Of a stretch of DNA of 64,000 nucleotides, positions 27,242 through 39,060 are shown piece after piece (within the stretch, counting starts at the first letter, position 1; every line of letters starts with the position of its first letter). Where the stretch lies: positions 1 through 64,000 of the forward strand of contig CAXXFK010000036.1 in NCBI GenBank assembly GCA_963663965.2, given 5' to 3'. Origin of the DNA: Sedimentisphaerales bacterium. Its GTDB lineage: Bacteria > Planctomycetota > Phycisphaerae > Sedimentisphaerales > SM23-30. Position numbers and translations under genes: made by a program. The notes under the pieces were generated by a model. It saw only the letters and a program-made list of their open reading frames with translations. It did no database searches and was not told where the DNA came from.

Positions 27242-29338
27242 TTACTGGATGCAAGTGGGCACGATGTTGCATTCCAGCCAGGCATCAATGGCGGGCAACA
27301 GGTCGTAGATATTGACGATACAATCGCGGAATTCATCGCCAACGCCGTCCGGACCGGCAATATCGTATTCAGGATATTCGGTACAGACTTCTTCGCCCGG
27401 ATTGAAATCGACATACAGATTGGCAATGGTAACCGGATCCAGCGGGTAGGTATAAAGCCGGACATCGTCCAACTGGCCAATAAAGGCAACCAGATCATTG
27501 CCAGTGGGCACTTCAGCGCCCAGCAGAAGATCAGCGGTGTTGGTACCGGGAATACCATTATTAATGGTGGCATTTCTGCTGAAACCATCCACGTAGACCT
27601 TGCCTTGGCGCATAGTGGCGTCATAAGTACCGACTACCAGATGCCATTCATCATCGTCGATGTCAGTATTAGAGTTGAGATCGCCAAAGGATTGGCGCAG
27701 GGTATGGATGGCCTGGCCGGCACTATTGTGAGTCAGGATAAAGCCGATATTGGTGCCATCTTTGGTCTGTTTGGTCACATAGGCACCCCAACCAGAGGTT
27801 TTTTCCGGGGCCTTAACCCAGGCGCTGACGGTATAACCCAACGGATAGAAGTTGAAGTAATCGGCCGTGCCGGGCATGGTCACCAGACCGTCGGCATCGC
27901 CGAGCAGATCGAGGGCGCCGCCGTCTTTGCCGACATCAACGAAGTTGGGATCAACGGAGGCGCCATCGTGAGCGGGCGCGCCGGCAATTGCTGAATCGAC
28001 GGAGTCTTCCAGGTTGCCATCGAGCTTCCACCAGCCGATCAAGCGCCGGGTCAGCACGCGGGCATCCGCAGAGGTATCGGGAATACCCAGACTGTTATCG
28101 ACGACGCAATGGTAGTAACCTTCATCTTCCAACTGAGGATCGACAATCGTGAGTGCCGCACTGTCTTCGCCAATGAATTTAGTATCGGTCTGGTCATCAA
28201 TCGCGGCCCCGTCTTTGTACCACTGGAAAATCGTGGCGTTGAGGGTGGCAACGCTTAACTGGGCATCGATACCGGCGGGGATAACCATACTGGCCGGATC
28301 GGTTTCGACCCGGGCGGTATCGGGCTGAGTGGTGAAGGTCCAGACAGCGCCGGTATGGAGAACCGGGGCGCCGTCATTGGGTTCCAGAGCATCGACACGC
28401 CAGATATAAGCGGTGCCTTTGGCCAGGTCGGGATCGGGATCGAAGAAGAAATCGGCCGGATCGGCGGTGGTGGTTTTGACCGGAGCGGCATCCCAGGTAT
28501 TGGGATCGCTGCCCAGATAGACCTGATAGGTCACACCCGTTCCAACGGAACCATGATGCTGCGACCACGAAAGCACTTTATCAATCGTCACTTCTTCGCC
28601 GATAGCAGGATCGGGTTCCATCGCCTGGTAGATATCAATTTCTTCGATAATCACCGCGTTGACAGTACCACGATATGACTGACCATTCAGATGGACCTGT
28701 GCTTTAATGTTTAATGATGGTCCATCCGCTTCCTGTACCCAGTAATTACCGATTACTGAAGAGCCGGCGACCATCGGGGTCCACCATTCCCCATTGGCGG
28801 CGTTATTATCCGTAATCGAGGCATTAAACTGCTGGGTATTATCCGCCGCGGCGCCGCCCATCACCCAGGTGCCGTTAACCTGCTGGTCGGCAAATCCTAC
28901 CGGTGAGCCCCAGTCGGAACCCAGCAAACAATAGACCCGGTAGTAGGTATAGGGAATATTAGAAAAGGTAATGCTGATTTCTGACCAGTCATCGAGATAT
29001 CCCACGGCCATGCGGTGTTCATCATCCCCGGTACCATCTTCGTTATACCATACGCCACTGCTGGTCCAGGTGACACTGACACCGGTATTGGCGCCGGTAT
29101 CGTCGATCAGGTCGGCTATCGAACCGTTGCCCAGATCACCACTATCGTAATCGTCGGACATATTCCAGTTGGCGCTATCGGTTTTCAAGGGACCGATCAG
29201 CTCGCCACCGACGAAACGCTGGTTACCGGAGTTTTCGCTGAAGTTGAGCGAAATCATGTTGGCCGCCCAACCCTGGCCGGCGATGACGATGATCAACGCC
29301 GCGACAAGCCACATGAACATTGTTTTTGTTTTCTTCAT
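27242..29338 (-). CDS. Secreted Ig-like + LamG-domain protein with dockerin-like tail
   Basis: Signal peptide; Ig motif 'FQWYKDG...DEGYYHC'; LamG motifs 'WWKLDGN', 'WHLVVGTYD', 'GQLDDVRLY'. Confidence 0.8.
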   Translation of the reverse strand: MKKTKTMFMWLVAALIIVIAGQGWAANMISLNFSENSGNQRFVGGELIGPLKTDSANWNMSDDYDSGDLGNGSIADLIDDTGANTGVSVTWTSSGVWYNEDGTGDDEHRMAVGYLDDWSEISITFSNIPYTYYRVYCLLGSDWGSPVGFADQQVNGTWVMGGAAADNTQQFNASITDNNAANGEWWTPMVAGSSVIGNYWVQEADGPSLNIKAQVHLNGQSYRGTVNAVIIEEIDIYQAMEPDPAIGEEVTIDKVLSWSQHHGSVGTGVTYQVYLGSDPNTWDAAPVKTTTADPADFFFDPDPDLAKGTAYIWRVDALEPNDGAPVLHTGAVWTFTTQPDTARVETDPASMVIPAGIDAQLSVATLNATIFQWYKDGAAIDDQTDTKFIGEDSAALTIVDPQLEDEGYYHCVVDNSLGIPDTSADARVLTRRLIGWWKLDGNLEDSVDSAIAGAPAHDGASVDPNFVDVGKDGGALDLLGDADGLVTMPGTADYFNFYPLGYTVSAWVKAPEKTSGWGAYVTKQTKDGTNIGFILTHNSAGQAIHTLRQSFGDLNSNTDIDDDEWHLVVGTYDATMRQGKVYVDGFSRNATINNGIPGTNTADLLLGAEVPTGNDLVAFIGQLDDVRLYTYPLDPVTIANLYVDFNPGEEVCTEYPEYDIAGPDGVGDEFRDCIVNIYDLLPAIDAWLECNIVPTCIQ

Positions 29339-29609
29339 TTTTCATTTCTCCATAAAAAAGGTGTGAAGTATTGCATCATGTGAATACACATTAACTAATC
29401 GACGTAAAAATAGAATGGCTGATTTTAAAAATAGAAAATTGTGTTTCATATTCTCACTCACAATGGTGAAAGCGCCGTTTTTGATACGGGTTAAAGTAAC
29501 AGTCCCAAACGGCAACCGTTAAGGATGCTAATTATCGGAATCAGGACTTTTCTGCCTTTTTTGTCATTCCAGGTCATATTGATAACAATTGATATCGGAC
29601 ATTCCGGTT

Positions 29610-31295
29610 TTATTTTGGGGTTAATTTTAAAACCGGATTTCCAAATATGACCCAGTCGCAGCCGATGAGATTTTCGGCTTCGGTAGAGACCAAAGTTAAA
29701 AATCGGTCCTGGCTGGTTATCGGAAGTTTTATTAAGGGGATTTCTGAACCAGGGGATAGTTTCATTTTTTTAAAACGCAGATCGCCATCGATCAAGACAA
29801 ACACATCGGCTGACGCAGAGGCCGGCGCGTTAGAAGACACGCCGCACAGAGTCTGAAAGCATTCCAGATTCCAGTCAGACCAGACTGCGCGAATCGCATC
29901 CAGATCAAAGGTGATACCCAGGTTGGGATGGAAATAGAGGGCGGGATTGGATTCGGTTCCCACCTGTTGATAGTCCAGCATCATGGGGAGAGTTGAAGAA
30001 TCGCTCACGATGATCTGGCCGCCGTTACGAATCGAATCGAATATTTCGCCGGAGGTATCGGGGCAGCCGGTAAACAGATGGCCCCGGGAACTGATCTGAA
30101 GATCCCCCACGCCGCCATCGGGCACAAAAACGCCATCCACATAAGGCAGGTCTGGCACCCGGTGGTAAGCTGGTTCGGTCATGAGGTTCTGGCAACTGCA
30201 AAAGAACTCCAACGAGCCGTCCGTGGGATTGATTCCCCCGGCGATTTTGCCGGTTCCCAGTCCGTCGCCACCGCCCACGATATCGGCCAGATTGAGGTCT
30301 TCGCCGCGCCAGACGAGGCCTTTACTGGATTCGATGTGGCGGACGAACGCCATGCGGTCGAAATCGGTTTCGACAATCTGGCCGGACTGGCTGTTGACAT
30401 GAAATGCCTGGGCGTCATTCAAGACCACACTCTGGCGCTCTTTCTGTTTGACCATGGAAATCAGGGAAGCTTTGCCCTGATGCAACTGAATACGATGGCT
30501 GTTATCTTTGCCGATACTGACCCCGAATTCGGTGCCCAGATCGCAGACCCTGAAATCGGGTGCATCCACGGTAAAGCCGAGGCCCTGTTTGGTAACCTGG
30601 ACATAGACATTGCCATGGTTGAGCAGGATGTTTTCGGGTGAGGTGCAGGAAAATGACGCCGGGCCTTCCAGCAGGACCCGGGTGCCATTGTCATATAGCA
30701 GTTCGGCATAGCCGCGAAGGAGGCGATAATGATCGCCGCCCAAACGATCGCCGTTGGCCAGATCGGGACCGGCCGGATCCCAGGTGGATTGGTACTGGTC
30801 GATCAGGGCCGCCACTTTGGGACGGGCGGGCGGCAGGGCGTAGCGTGTGACCATCCGGTCAAAAGCCAACATGCTCAGGCAGATGATGAGGATAGCCGCA
30901 ATTTTGGGCAGGGTATGCAGGATGTCGTTGCGACCAAAACGGCGGGGCGAGTTTTTTTCGGTGATTGCCAGAGAGGCGGTCACGTCATTTGCGTTGCATT
31001 GCAAGGCCTGACGCATGACCGATTCGTCCAGGTCCCTGATGACCGTTTCATAGAGAGGAACGGAATGAATAATGTCGAGATAGACCTGGTCCTGCTCCAG
31101 TTGGATAGGCACACCGCCCATGCGATAGAATCCGGCATCGATAATCATGGATTCGATATAAATCCGCCGGGCCTGTGGATAAGTCAGCAGCAGGGATTCC
31201 AGTTCGTTTTTTTCAGCCTCCTCGATGGAATTGTCAAGCGCCCGGTTGAGTAAATCATACAACCGACGGATAATCTGGTCATTGAGGATTGTCAT
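29610..31295 (-). CDS. FecR-like anti-sigma factor with C-terminal NPCBM/NEW2-like domain
   Basis: One TM helix; 'GTRVLLEGPA', 'DLGTEFGV', 'LNLADIVGGG', 'H.NLGITFDL', 'DWVIFGNPVL'. Confidence 0.85.
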   Translation of the reverse strand: MTILNDQIIRRLYDLLNRALDNSIEEAEKNELESLLLTYPQARRIYIESMIIDAGFYRMGGVPIQLEQDQVYLDIIHSVPLYETVIRDLDESVMRQALQCNANDVTASLAITEKNSPRRFGRNDILHTLPKIAAILIICLSMLAFDRMVTRYALPPARPKVAALIDQYQSTWDPAGPDLANGDRLGGDHYRLLRGYAELLYDNGTRVLLEGPASFSCTSPENILLNHGNVYVQVTKQGLGFTVDAPDFRVCDLGTEFGVSIGKDNSHRIQLHQGKASLISMVKQKERQSVVLNDAQAFHVNSQSGQIVETDFDRMAFVRHIESSKGLVWRGEDLNLADIVGGGDGLGTGKIAGGINPTDGSLEFFCSCQNLMTEPAYHRVPDLPYVDGVFVPDGGVGDLQISSRGHLFTGCPDTSGEIFDSIRNGGQIIVSDSSTLPMMLDYQQVGTESNPALYFHPNLGITFDLDAIRAVWSDWNLECFQTLCGVSSNAPASASADVFVLIDGDLRFKKMKLSPGSEIPLIKLPITSQDRFLTLVSTEAENLIGCDWVIFGNPVLKLTPK

Positions 31296-31414
31296 ACTGC
31301 CTCCTCCGTCAACAGGACCGGAAGACCGCGAATTAACAAGCTGGTTATCCGGACCATTGACCGATAGCGGCTCTGAATGGACTGACCAAGCCGGGCAGTA
31401 AATTTTCTAATACT
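31292..31414 (-). pseudogene. C-terminal remnant of an ECF sigma factor (region 4), truncated at a MITE
   Basis: 'SIRKFTARLGQSIQSRYRSMVRITSLL' resembles the planctomycete ECF HTH; its stop overlaps the FecR ATG (ATGA). Confidence 0.6.
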
Positions 31415-31581
31415 TAAGGGCACCTCTAAAAATTCATTCAGGGCTGCAAGCGGTCTGATTTTCCTCTGGACTGCGTCACAAAAAACCGTGAATATTAACA
31501 AATATGCCCGGTTCTTTGTTCCTTGCCAGTGAAAAATCATCCTCGCTTTCGCCTCTAAAGCAATTTTTAGAGGTACCCTTA
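31415..31581. mobile_element. MITE-like element, copy 1
   Basis: TIRs TAAGGGCACCTCTAAAAATT / AATTTTTAGAGGTACCCTTA; TTAA at both edges; no transposase. Confidence 0.85.
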
Positions 31582-31755
31582 AAATAAAGAAGTATTTAAA
31601 GAACAAGAAAATCCTGGGATCAGTCATTTTCGAAAAACAGGCAGACGGCACCCCGGAGTAAAACGGATAAGTGTATATCCAGAAAGGACTTTGTCCAAAA
31701 CTTAATGGCAATATTTGTGTCTCGATGTTTCATCAATGATCCAAGTTCTTGTACT

Positions 31756-31943
31756 TAAAGGCACCTCTAATAATTCATTTTGGGTTGCAAGCGGGCACTC
31801 CGCGTGGGGTGAGACAAGCATTTTCCTCTGGACTGCGTCACAAAAAACCGTGAATATTGACAATTATGCCCGGTTGTTCGTTCCTTGTCAGTGGAAAATC
31901 ATCCTCGCTTTCGCCTCAAAAGCAATTTTCAGAGGTACCCTTA
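31756..31943. mobile_element. MITE-like element, copy 2 (~21-bp internal insertion)
   Basis: Same TIRs and body as copy 1. Confidence 0.85.
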
Positions 31944-32093
31944 ATTGGCATCATCTGATTTTTTTTTTCGCTTAAAATTAATATTTATGCCCATCGGGCA
32001 AGTCAGTGTCCGATCACTCGCAAGATAAGTTTTTACTCGTGTAGCACTTATAATACGGCCTGGCGGGCATTTTCAATTGTAAGCAATATATAA

Positions 32094-33680
32094 TTATTGT
32101 GTGGGTTGGGCCAGCCAGTGGGTGGGGAAGAGAGTCAGGTCGTTGAGGTCGACGGTGTTGTCACCCCCATAACGAGGGACGATATCTGCGAATGGGGTGT
32201 CAGAAAGCCAGGATGAAGTGAAAATGGCGAAATCGGCGAGATCGGTCAAGCGATCCTGATTAAAATCGGTTTCATAAGGTAAAGTTGGGGGCCATACATT
32301 CATAGCTGTGGTGAATTTATATTCGAAATCATCCAGGCCAAAGAGTGAAGCCGGAAAGGTCAGTTCGATGAAATAGGCGGTCCAGCCTGATTCAGGTTGG
32401 GGAGCGGGAGTGGAATAAATCCCATTACCCAGATCGGTGAGCGGGGTACTGGTCCAGATTTTTCCGGTGACGGGAAGGCGGAAGTCGCGGGTATTGGGAT
32501 TGTTTGCCTGCCAGAGGCTGACGGAACTGGGACTATCGACGGTAACGACCGTGATCTGGCCGTTCTGATCGATGGTCCAGGTGAATTCCGGCCGGGTTCT
32601 TTGATTAAGGATAGAGTCATACCAGGGCGCGGCGCTATAGAGGACATCATTAAAGACATCGGTCAGGTAATGATCGGCATTGGGGACGTGCCGGAGGTAT
32701 GTTTCGCCAATAAGATTATCGAGATAGAATCTGACAGAATCGGAGACAAAGAAATTATCGCCGGAGGCGTTAATGATGAGTTTTGGGATGTCCAGCCGGT
32801 AGCGATATTGATAGGGATCGACAATTTCGAGCAGTTCCTGAGCGCGTGGATCGGTGCTGAGCTTATAGAAAATGTCGAGGTCTTCGTAGGCATAAAGCGC
32901 TTCGGCCCAGAAGCCGTGGCAGGCCCAATGATGGATGAAGGATCGTTCCATATTGAGCAGGTCACTGACAATGGGAATGATGGCGGTAACCCGGTTATCG
33001 ACAGCCGCGGTTAGCCAGGTGGTCCAACCGCGCTTAGAACCGCCGGTGAGAATAAAAGAAGAGATACTTTTTTCGCCATGGTATTCATCCGCCAAAAAAT
33101 CCTGGACGGTGTTCATGCATTGGACGACGGATTTGACCATGGGCAATTGGACGGGCCAGTAGTTGTCGCCGGTTTTCAGGAACTTGTCCCAGGAATAGGC
33201 GATAATTTCATCTTCACTGCGGGATGCGATTTCATCTGAGAACAGCAGGGGCTGGTTGGGAACGGCAGTCAGGATGACCAGAACCGAACGAGTGCCCGCG
33301 GCCAGTAAACGATAATTGGCGTCGATAGCCGGGGCGGGATCGTTGTGATTACCGCCGTCGATCAGGATGAGCGCGGTATTTCTGGTGGCGCCCAGAATGG
33401 AATCCATTTCCGGAACGATAATCGTCACCCAATGCTGCCAGATGGCGGGAGACACTTGAGAGCTGTCGCGCCAGGAACCGGAAGTGAGACGGAGGGTGAA
33501 GCCGCGGGTGAAAGTGGATAAGTCGTAGGCTGAGGTGACTTTTGAATAAGAATAGCCGGGATCGGGCTGAGCGACAAAGTCGTCCAGCGCGGTTGCGCCG
33601 GCAATGGAGGAGATAACAAGGAGAAGGAGAATAAGGGATTCTGTGGATAAGTTATAGTACCGATCAGCAGTTGTGTTCAT
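32094..33680 (-). CDS. PhoPQ-activated pathogenicity-related (PqaA-type) alpha/beta hydrolase with dockerin-like tail
   Basis: 'WQHWVTI', 'VPNQPL', 'EDEIIAYSW', 'GGSKRGWTTW', 'DPYQY', 'VPNADH'. Confidence 0.85.
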   Translation of the reverse strand: MNTTADRYYNLSTESLILLLLVISSIAGATALDDFVAQPDPGYSYSKVTSAYDLSTFTRGFTLRLTSGSWRDSSQVSPAIWQHWVTIIVPEMDSILGATRNTALILIDGGNHNDPAPAIDANYRLLAAGTRSVLVILTAVPNQPLLFSDEIASRSEDEIIAYSWDKFLKTGDNYWPVQLPMVKSVVQCMNTVQDFLADEYHGEKSISSFILTGGSKRGWTTWLTAAVDNRVTAIIPIVSDLLNMERSFIHHWACHGFWAEALYAYEDLDIFYKLSTDPRAQELLEIVDPYQYRYRLDIPKLIINASGDNFFVSDSVRFYLDNLIGETYLRHVPNADHYLTDVFNDVLYSAAPWYDSILNQRTRPEFTWTIDQNGQITVVTVDSPSSVSLWQANNPNTRDFRLPVTGKIWTSTPLTDLGNGIYSTPAPQPESGWTAYFIELTFPASLFGLDDFEYKFTTAMNVWPPTLPYETDFNQDRLTDLADFAIFTSSWLSDTPFADIVPRYGGDNTVDLNDLTLFPTHWLAQPTQ

Positions 33681-33850
33681 TTTCCTAACCTCAAAAATCA
33701 GTTGAATGTATTGATAACGGTTATTATGATTTTTGTGGATAGAAAAGGAAAAGTCAAGTTTTATCGGGGAAAACGCCAGGAGAGATGAAAGATCCCGAAT
33801 TTTGAGTTGATTGCAATGGTTATTGGGAATAGATTTACTCATTCGTAAAC

Positions 33851-33890
33851 AAAAAAACAGGGAGGACAAAGGCGTGATTTGTCCTCCCTG
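33851..33890 (-). terminator. Intrinsic terminator of the pilus operon
   Basis: CAGGGAGGACAAA-ggcgtga-TTTGTCCTCCCTG with an adjacent A7. Confidence 0.8.
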
Positions 33891-33916
33891 AGTAGAAGAG
33901 TGGTAGGAGTCTTATT

Positions 33917-35557
33917 TTATAACTGGACGAACGTACTGCCATCGCGTTTTAAGACGATGGGGGTTTTAATACCGCTGGGCAACATTTTTTCTTTGTCGGG
34001 TTTGATCAGGATGGTGCCGATATCACCCAGTTCGACGGTTTCGCTACCGCCGTCATCGAGAGTGGCGCCGATGTTGGTGACATACCCGCTGGTCCAGGCG
34101 GTGGTATCGCACATGGAAACAATGGTACCGTAAATTTTGGCATTACCACGGACATCGACAATCCCGCCAAACAATAGCGCCGGTCAGGATGTTTTCATCA
34201 CCGGCTGACGGGCAGGTATTCCCCAGGTTGACATTAAAGTGGGGCGCGAGGATGGGTGGCCTCGGCCATGGCGGTGTTCTGGAAGGTGGCGCTGCCCGTG
34301 AAGTAGAGGCAGTTTTCGCGCCATTTGAGGACTTTTGGGGTATCGGTAATGATGGGGGCCGCGGAAGGTGCAGTCTTCGAAGCGGACGTTGTTATAATAG
34401 GAACTGGCGCTTTTGTAGCAGTCGATGTACAGGATGCCTTCGAAGGTGCAACGGCGGAAGAGGGCGTTGTAGTTATCGGGGTACGCGCATATTCATGAAG
34501 GTTTTGTCTTCGTAAACATGACGGGTCAGGCGCAGGTTGGAGGTATAGGACGGCGTTCCATCGCGGGGATAATTGTAGTTGCCGGCGGCTGTGCGGGAAA
34601 TATTCGACTTCACGATCACCGGTGGGGCAGGCCGGCAGTGAGGTGAGTCCATTGAGGTATTCGTCCGTGTTGTAATCGTTTGATGGACATGCCGGGGACA
34701 TCGGAACCGACGCCGTAGTTGATGCCTTCGTGCTGGCCCTGGATTTCATCGCCGGGGCTGACAACGGGATTGCCAAATTCATCGTAAATGGGCTCGCCGT
34801 TTTCGTCGAGGGTTTCCAACTGCCAGGCGGCGCTATTAACCTGTTGTTTGGTAAACACGGTATTGATGGGTGCCGAGGACTTTGGAATCGCTGGTCATAT
34901 TAAATGGAGAGCGGGCCAGGTTGTCCCAGTCGCTATAGACATCGCCGTCAATGGTGGTGTCGCCGGTCATCCAGATACGGCCCCGGCTGGCAATGGCATA
35001 TTCCAGCACGGAGGCGTCTTTTTTGATGGGATAGGACATCTGGACGGCGCGCTGGACATCGCCGGCTGAGCCGGTACAGACGGCGCGGAGTTCATGGTAG
35101 TAATTGGCATCACCGGGAATGAATTCGAAGCGAATGGAGAATCCCGCCGATTGGTCTTGCGCCAGGGCGATCGAACCTGATGCGGGGATTTGAATGGTCA
35201 GATTGGCGCTGTTGTAAGCGACGCCCTGTCCGGCCAGGGCGGGTGAATTATACAAGACGGTCTGAACATGCTGAGCGAAACTGCCGACGGTGTCTTCGGC
35301 TTCGGTCTGGCTGATGGTATTGGTTATGGTGTAGGCCGTGGCGGGCGGGACGTAGCTGCTGATGAGATAATCCGCGAAGGCCAGCCCCGATTCAGCGGCG
35401 GTTTGGGAGACGGCCACATTCTGATAACTCTGGGAGATGCCGGCGTTCATGTGGCTCAGGGAGTTGAACGAGAGCGCGATCACTGCGAAGAGGAAAATGA
35501 AAAACAGTGCGATCTTAAGGAACACAGGCCGTGAGCATTTCTTTTCTTACACCTCAT
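33917..35557 (-). pseudogene. PilX-like pilus protein (~540 aa), apparently frameshifted (probably read errors)
   Basis: Hydrophobic N-terminus and 'AAESGL'; a continuous protein is restored by removing seven +1 bases and correcting one shift near the start. Confidence 0.7.
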
Positions 35558-35641
35558 AACGTCGTCCTTTCAATAGTATTCGGAAAAGTTGATCCAAAAA
35601 GCACCGGGCGCCCTGGACGAATATCCGACCTTTGCAAGTTA

Positions 35642-36244
35642 TTAATGATAAATGACATTCCGGGGTATTGCCGACATGGTTACGATCTGGGAGGCATCAC
35701 AGGAAGAGGCGCGAAAGGCAATTTCAACCTTGCCAACCGTACCGGCGGGGAGGGAATCATCGAGTGGATCCCACGCGGTAAAAATCGGGGTCACCGCATC
35801 GACCGGATCGATATTCCGGGCCATGATATACCAGGTGTCGGAACTGTCGATATTGACTTTTAGCGTTTTATTGACGGCATCGTAGGCATAGATCACATCA
35901 CGTCCGAGCGAATCGACCAGGCAGCAGGAGGTGCCGTCGGCATTCACCAGGATGAGTGCGGTATCGGGCGAGTTGGCGGCCGTTCGAATCACGCTGCACA
36001 TCTGATAGACGGCGTTGCGGGACACCGTGGATGTGCGGGCCAGGTCGTTATTGACTTTATAGCTTTTAAAGGCGGCATCGAAGGTGACGGCGGTGGCGGT
36101 CAGCAGGATGGCCATCAGGACGATCGCCAACAGAATTTCGATAAGGGTCATGCCGCGTGTTTTCGAATGACAATGCCGGCACAATTGAACGTGCGGATTA
36201 AAGACTTTGTTATTATTATGTCGTAATACAGGATGCATGAACAA
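35642..36244 (-). CDS. Minor pilin / pseudopilin (PilW/GspJ-like)
   Basis: Class III signal 'RG/MTLIEILLAIVL'. Confidence 0.85.
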   Translation of the reverse strand: MFMHPVLRHNNNKVFNPHVQLCRHCHSKTRGMTLIEILLAIVLMAILLTATAVTFDAAFKSYKVNNDLARTSTVSRNAVYQMCSVIRTAANSPDTALILVNADGTSCCLVDSLGRDVIYAYDAVNKTLKVNIDSSDTWYIMARNIDPVDAVTPIFTAWDPLDDSLPAGTVGKVEIAFRASSCDASQIVTMSAIPRNVIYH

Positions 36245-36260
36245 GCCTTTCTAATAAATA

Positions 36261-36710
36261 TTAATCAGCGACGCGCAGCCAGCTCATGCGACTGAGCCGG
36301 GTATTGCCCTGGCTGACGGTTACGGTAATGCGGCAGGCGGGCGGGTCGGGGTTGGTCCACGGGGTCATGGTAGCCGGGTTAATCGGCTCGACCAGGATGG
36401 ACTGTGAGTAATGTTCCAGACCAGACACCGGATTGCCATTGCCATCGCAACCGGTAAATGCCTGGCCGTTGAGGGCGGCCAGGTCATCATAACTCATTTC
36501 TTCAGTCATATTACGGATCTGTTCGGCCAGGAAGACGGCGCTGGACAGATCGCGGCCGTATTCGTTGACCTGGGTGCCGGCGCCCATCAGCATCATCAGG
36601 GCGGTCATGCCCAGACCGATAATGAGCGTGGCAATCATGATGTCGATCAGGGTGAACCCTGATCGACGGTAGCGTGCGGAACGGTATTTTTGGGTGAGAA
36701 TCTTTTTCAT
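36261..36710 (-). CDS. Minor pilin (PilV/GspI-like)
   Basis: 'SG/FTLIDIMIATLII' (Asp at +5 instead of Glu). Confidence 0.8.
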   Translation of the reverse strand: MKKILTQKYRSARYRRSGFTLIDIMIATLIIGLGMTALMMLMGAGTQVNEYGRDLSSAVFLAEQIRNMTEEMSYDDLAALNGQAFTGCDGNGNPVSGLEHYSQSILVEPINPATMTPWTNPDPPACRITVTVSQGNTRLSRMSWLRVAD

Positions 36711-36715
36711 GCCAC

Positions 36716-37942
36716 TTATCCTTTGACCATACTGGACATTTTGAAAATCGGCAATACGATACTCATGGCGATAAAGCCAACGACGCAACCCATGACGACG
36801 ATCATCAGGGGTTCGATCATACTGGTAACGGCACGGATGGTGGTTTTGAGTTCTTTGTTATAGAAGGTGCTGATATCACCCAGCACATCGGCCAGCTTCC
36901 CACTTTCTTCACCGCTGCTGATCATCTGGACCACACTGCTGGGCAGAAGCTTTTCGCTGGTGAGCGGGGTGGCGATTTTTTTACCCTGACGGACGGCATT
37001 GGCCACTTTTTTCCACATGTTTTTGTAGATGGTGTTACCCGATACGTTCGCGGTAATATTGATGGTATCGAGCATCGGGACACCGGCGTTAACCAGTTCG
37101 CCCATGGTCTGGAGGGAGCGGCAGATATAGAGGCTGCGGCAGAGCTTTTTGAAGATGGGGATGCGCAGTTTGGTGGCATCCCACCAGGCGCGGCCCCAGG
37201 TGGTATTGATGATATAGAGGAAGAGCCAGGCGGCGCCGACCACCCCTCCAATGACCAGATACCACTGATGGCGGAAGACATCACTGATGGCCAGGATGAT
37301 CTTGGTGGGGGTGGGGAGCATGTCTTCCTTGCCTTCGAAGATCACGACGAATTTGGGTAAGACGTAGGTGAGCATAAAGACCGTGGTCAGGACGGCCATG
37401 ACCGCGATGATGATCGGATAGACCATGGCGCTTTTGACCTGGGACTGGGTTTCGATCTGTTGTTCCTGATATTCGGCGATGCGATCGAGCATGGAGCCGA
37501 AGGAACCGGACAGTTCGGAAGCCTGCACCATATTGACATAGAGAGCGCTGAAGACCTTGGGATGTTGGGCGAGCGCTTCGGAAAAGGCCTTGCCGCCTTC
37601 GACGTCGCGTTTGATCTGCTGGAGGATATCCTGGAATTTTTCGTTGTCGACCTGATCGACAATGGCTTCCAGGGCCGCGCGGATACTGATACCGGCTTTG
37701 ATCATGACGGCCAGCTGGCTGGTGAAGTTGAGGACGTCTTTGGCGCCGGGCCCGAACTGGATTTTGATATTGGCCAGGTCTTTGAACGATTTGGCTTTTT
37801 TCTGGGCGATTTCGGTCATCGACACGATATAGGCCCCCTGGCTCTTGAGCATCTGGGCGGCCGCCGCGCTGCTCTGGGCGCCGATCACGCCGGTCGAAAT
37901 TTTTCCATCTGCCTGTTTGATTTCGTATTTAAAATTAGCCAT
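36716..37942 (-). CDS. pilC: Type IV pilus platform protein PilC (GspF family)
   Basis: 'QLAVMIKAGI', 'YVNMVQASELSG', 'SAMVYP', 'MIEPLMIV'. Confidence 0.92.
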   Translation of the reverse strand: MANFKYEIKQADGKISTGVIGAQSSAAAAQMLKSQGAYIVSMTEIAQKKAKSFKDLANIKIQFGPGAKDVLNFTSQLAVMIKAGISIRAALEAIVDQVDNEKFQDILQQIKRDVEGGKAFSEALAQHPKVFSALYVNMVQASELSGSFGSMLDRIAEYQEQQIETQSQVKSAMVYPIIIAVMAVLTTVFMLTYVLPKFVVIFEGKEDMLPTPTKIILAISDVFRHQWYLVIGGVVGAAWLFLYIINTTWGRAWWDATKLRIPIFKKLCRSLYICRSLQTMGELVNAGVPMLDTINITANVSGNTIYKNMWKKVANAVRQGKKIATPLTSEKLLPSSVVQMISSGEESGKLADVLGDISTFYNKELKTTIRAVTSMIEPLMIVVMGCVVGFIAMSIVLPIFKMSSMVKG

Positions 37943-37968
37943 ATTTGCACCTGAATTCTAGAGTGGGA

Positions 37969-39030
<1,062 letters not shown>

Positions 39031-39060
39031 ATAGGTTTCTCCTTGCTTCTGCCTGAAAAT

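Noticed and set aside
33917..34870. Programmed frameshifting or phase variation in the pilX-like gene
   Set aside because: Too many same-sign indels in short 3-5-nt runs; sequencing error is more parsimonious.
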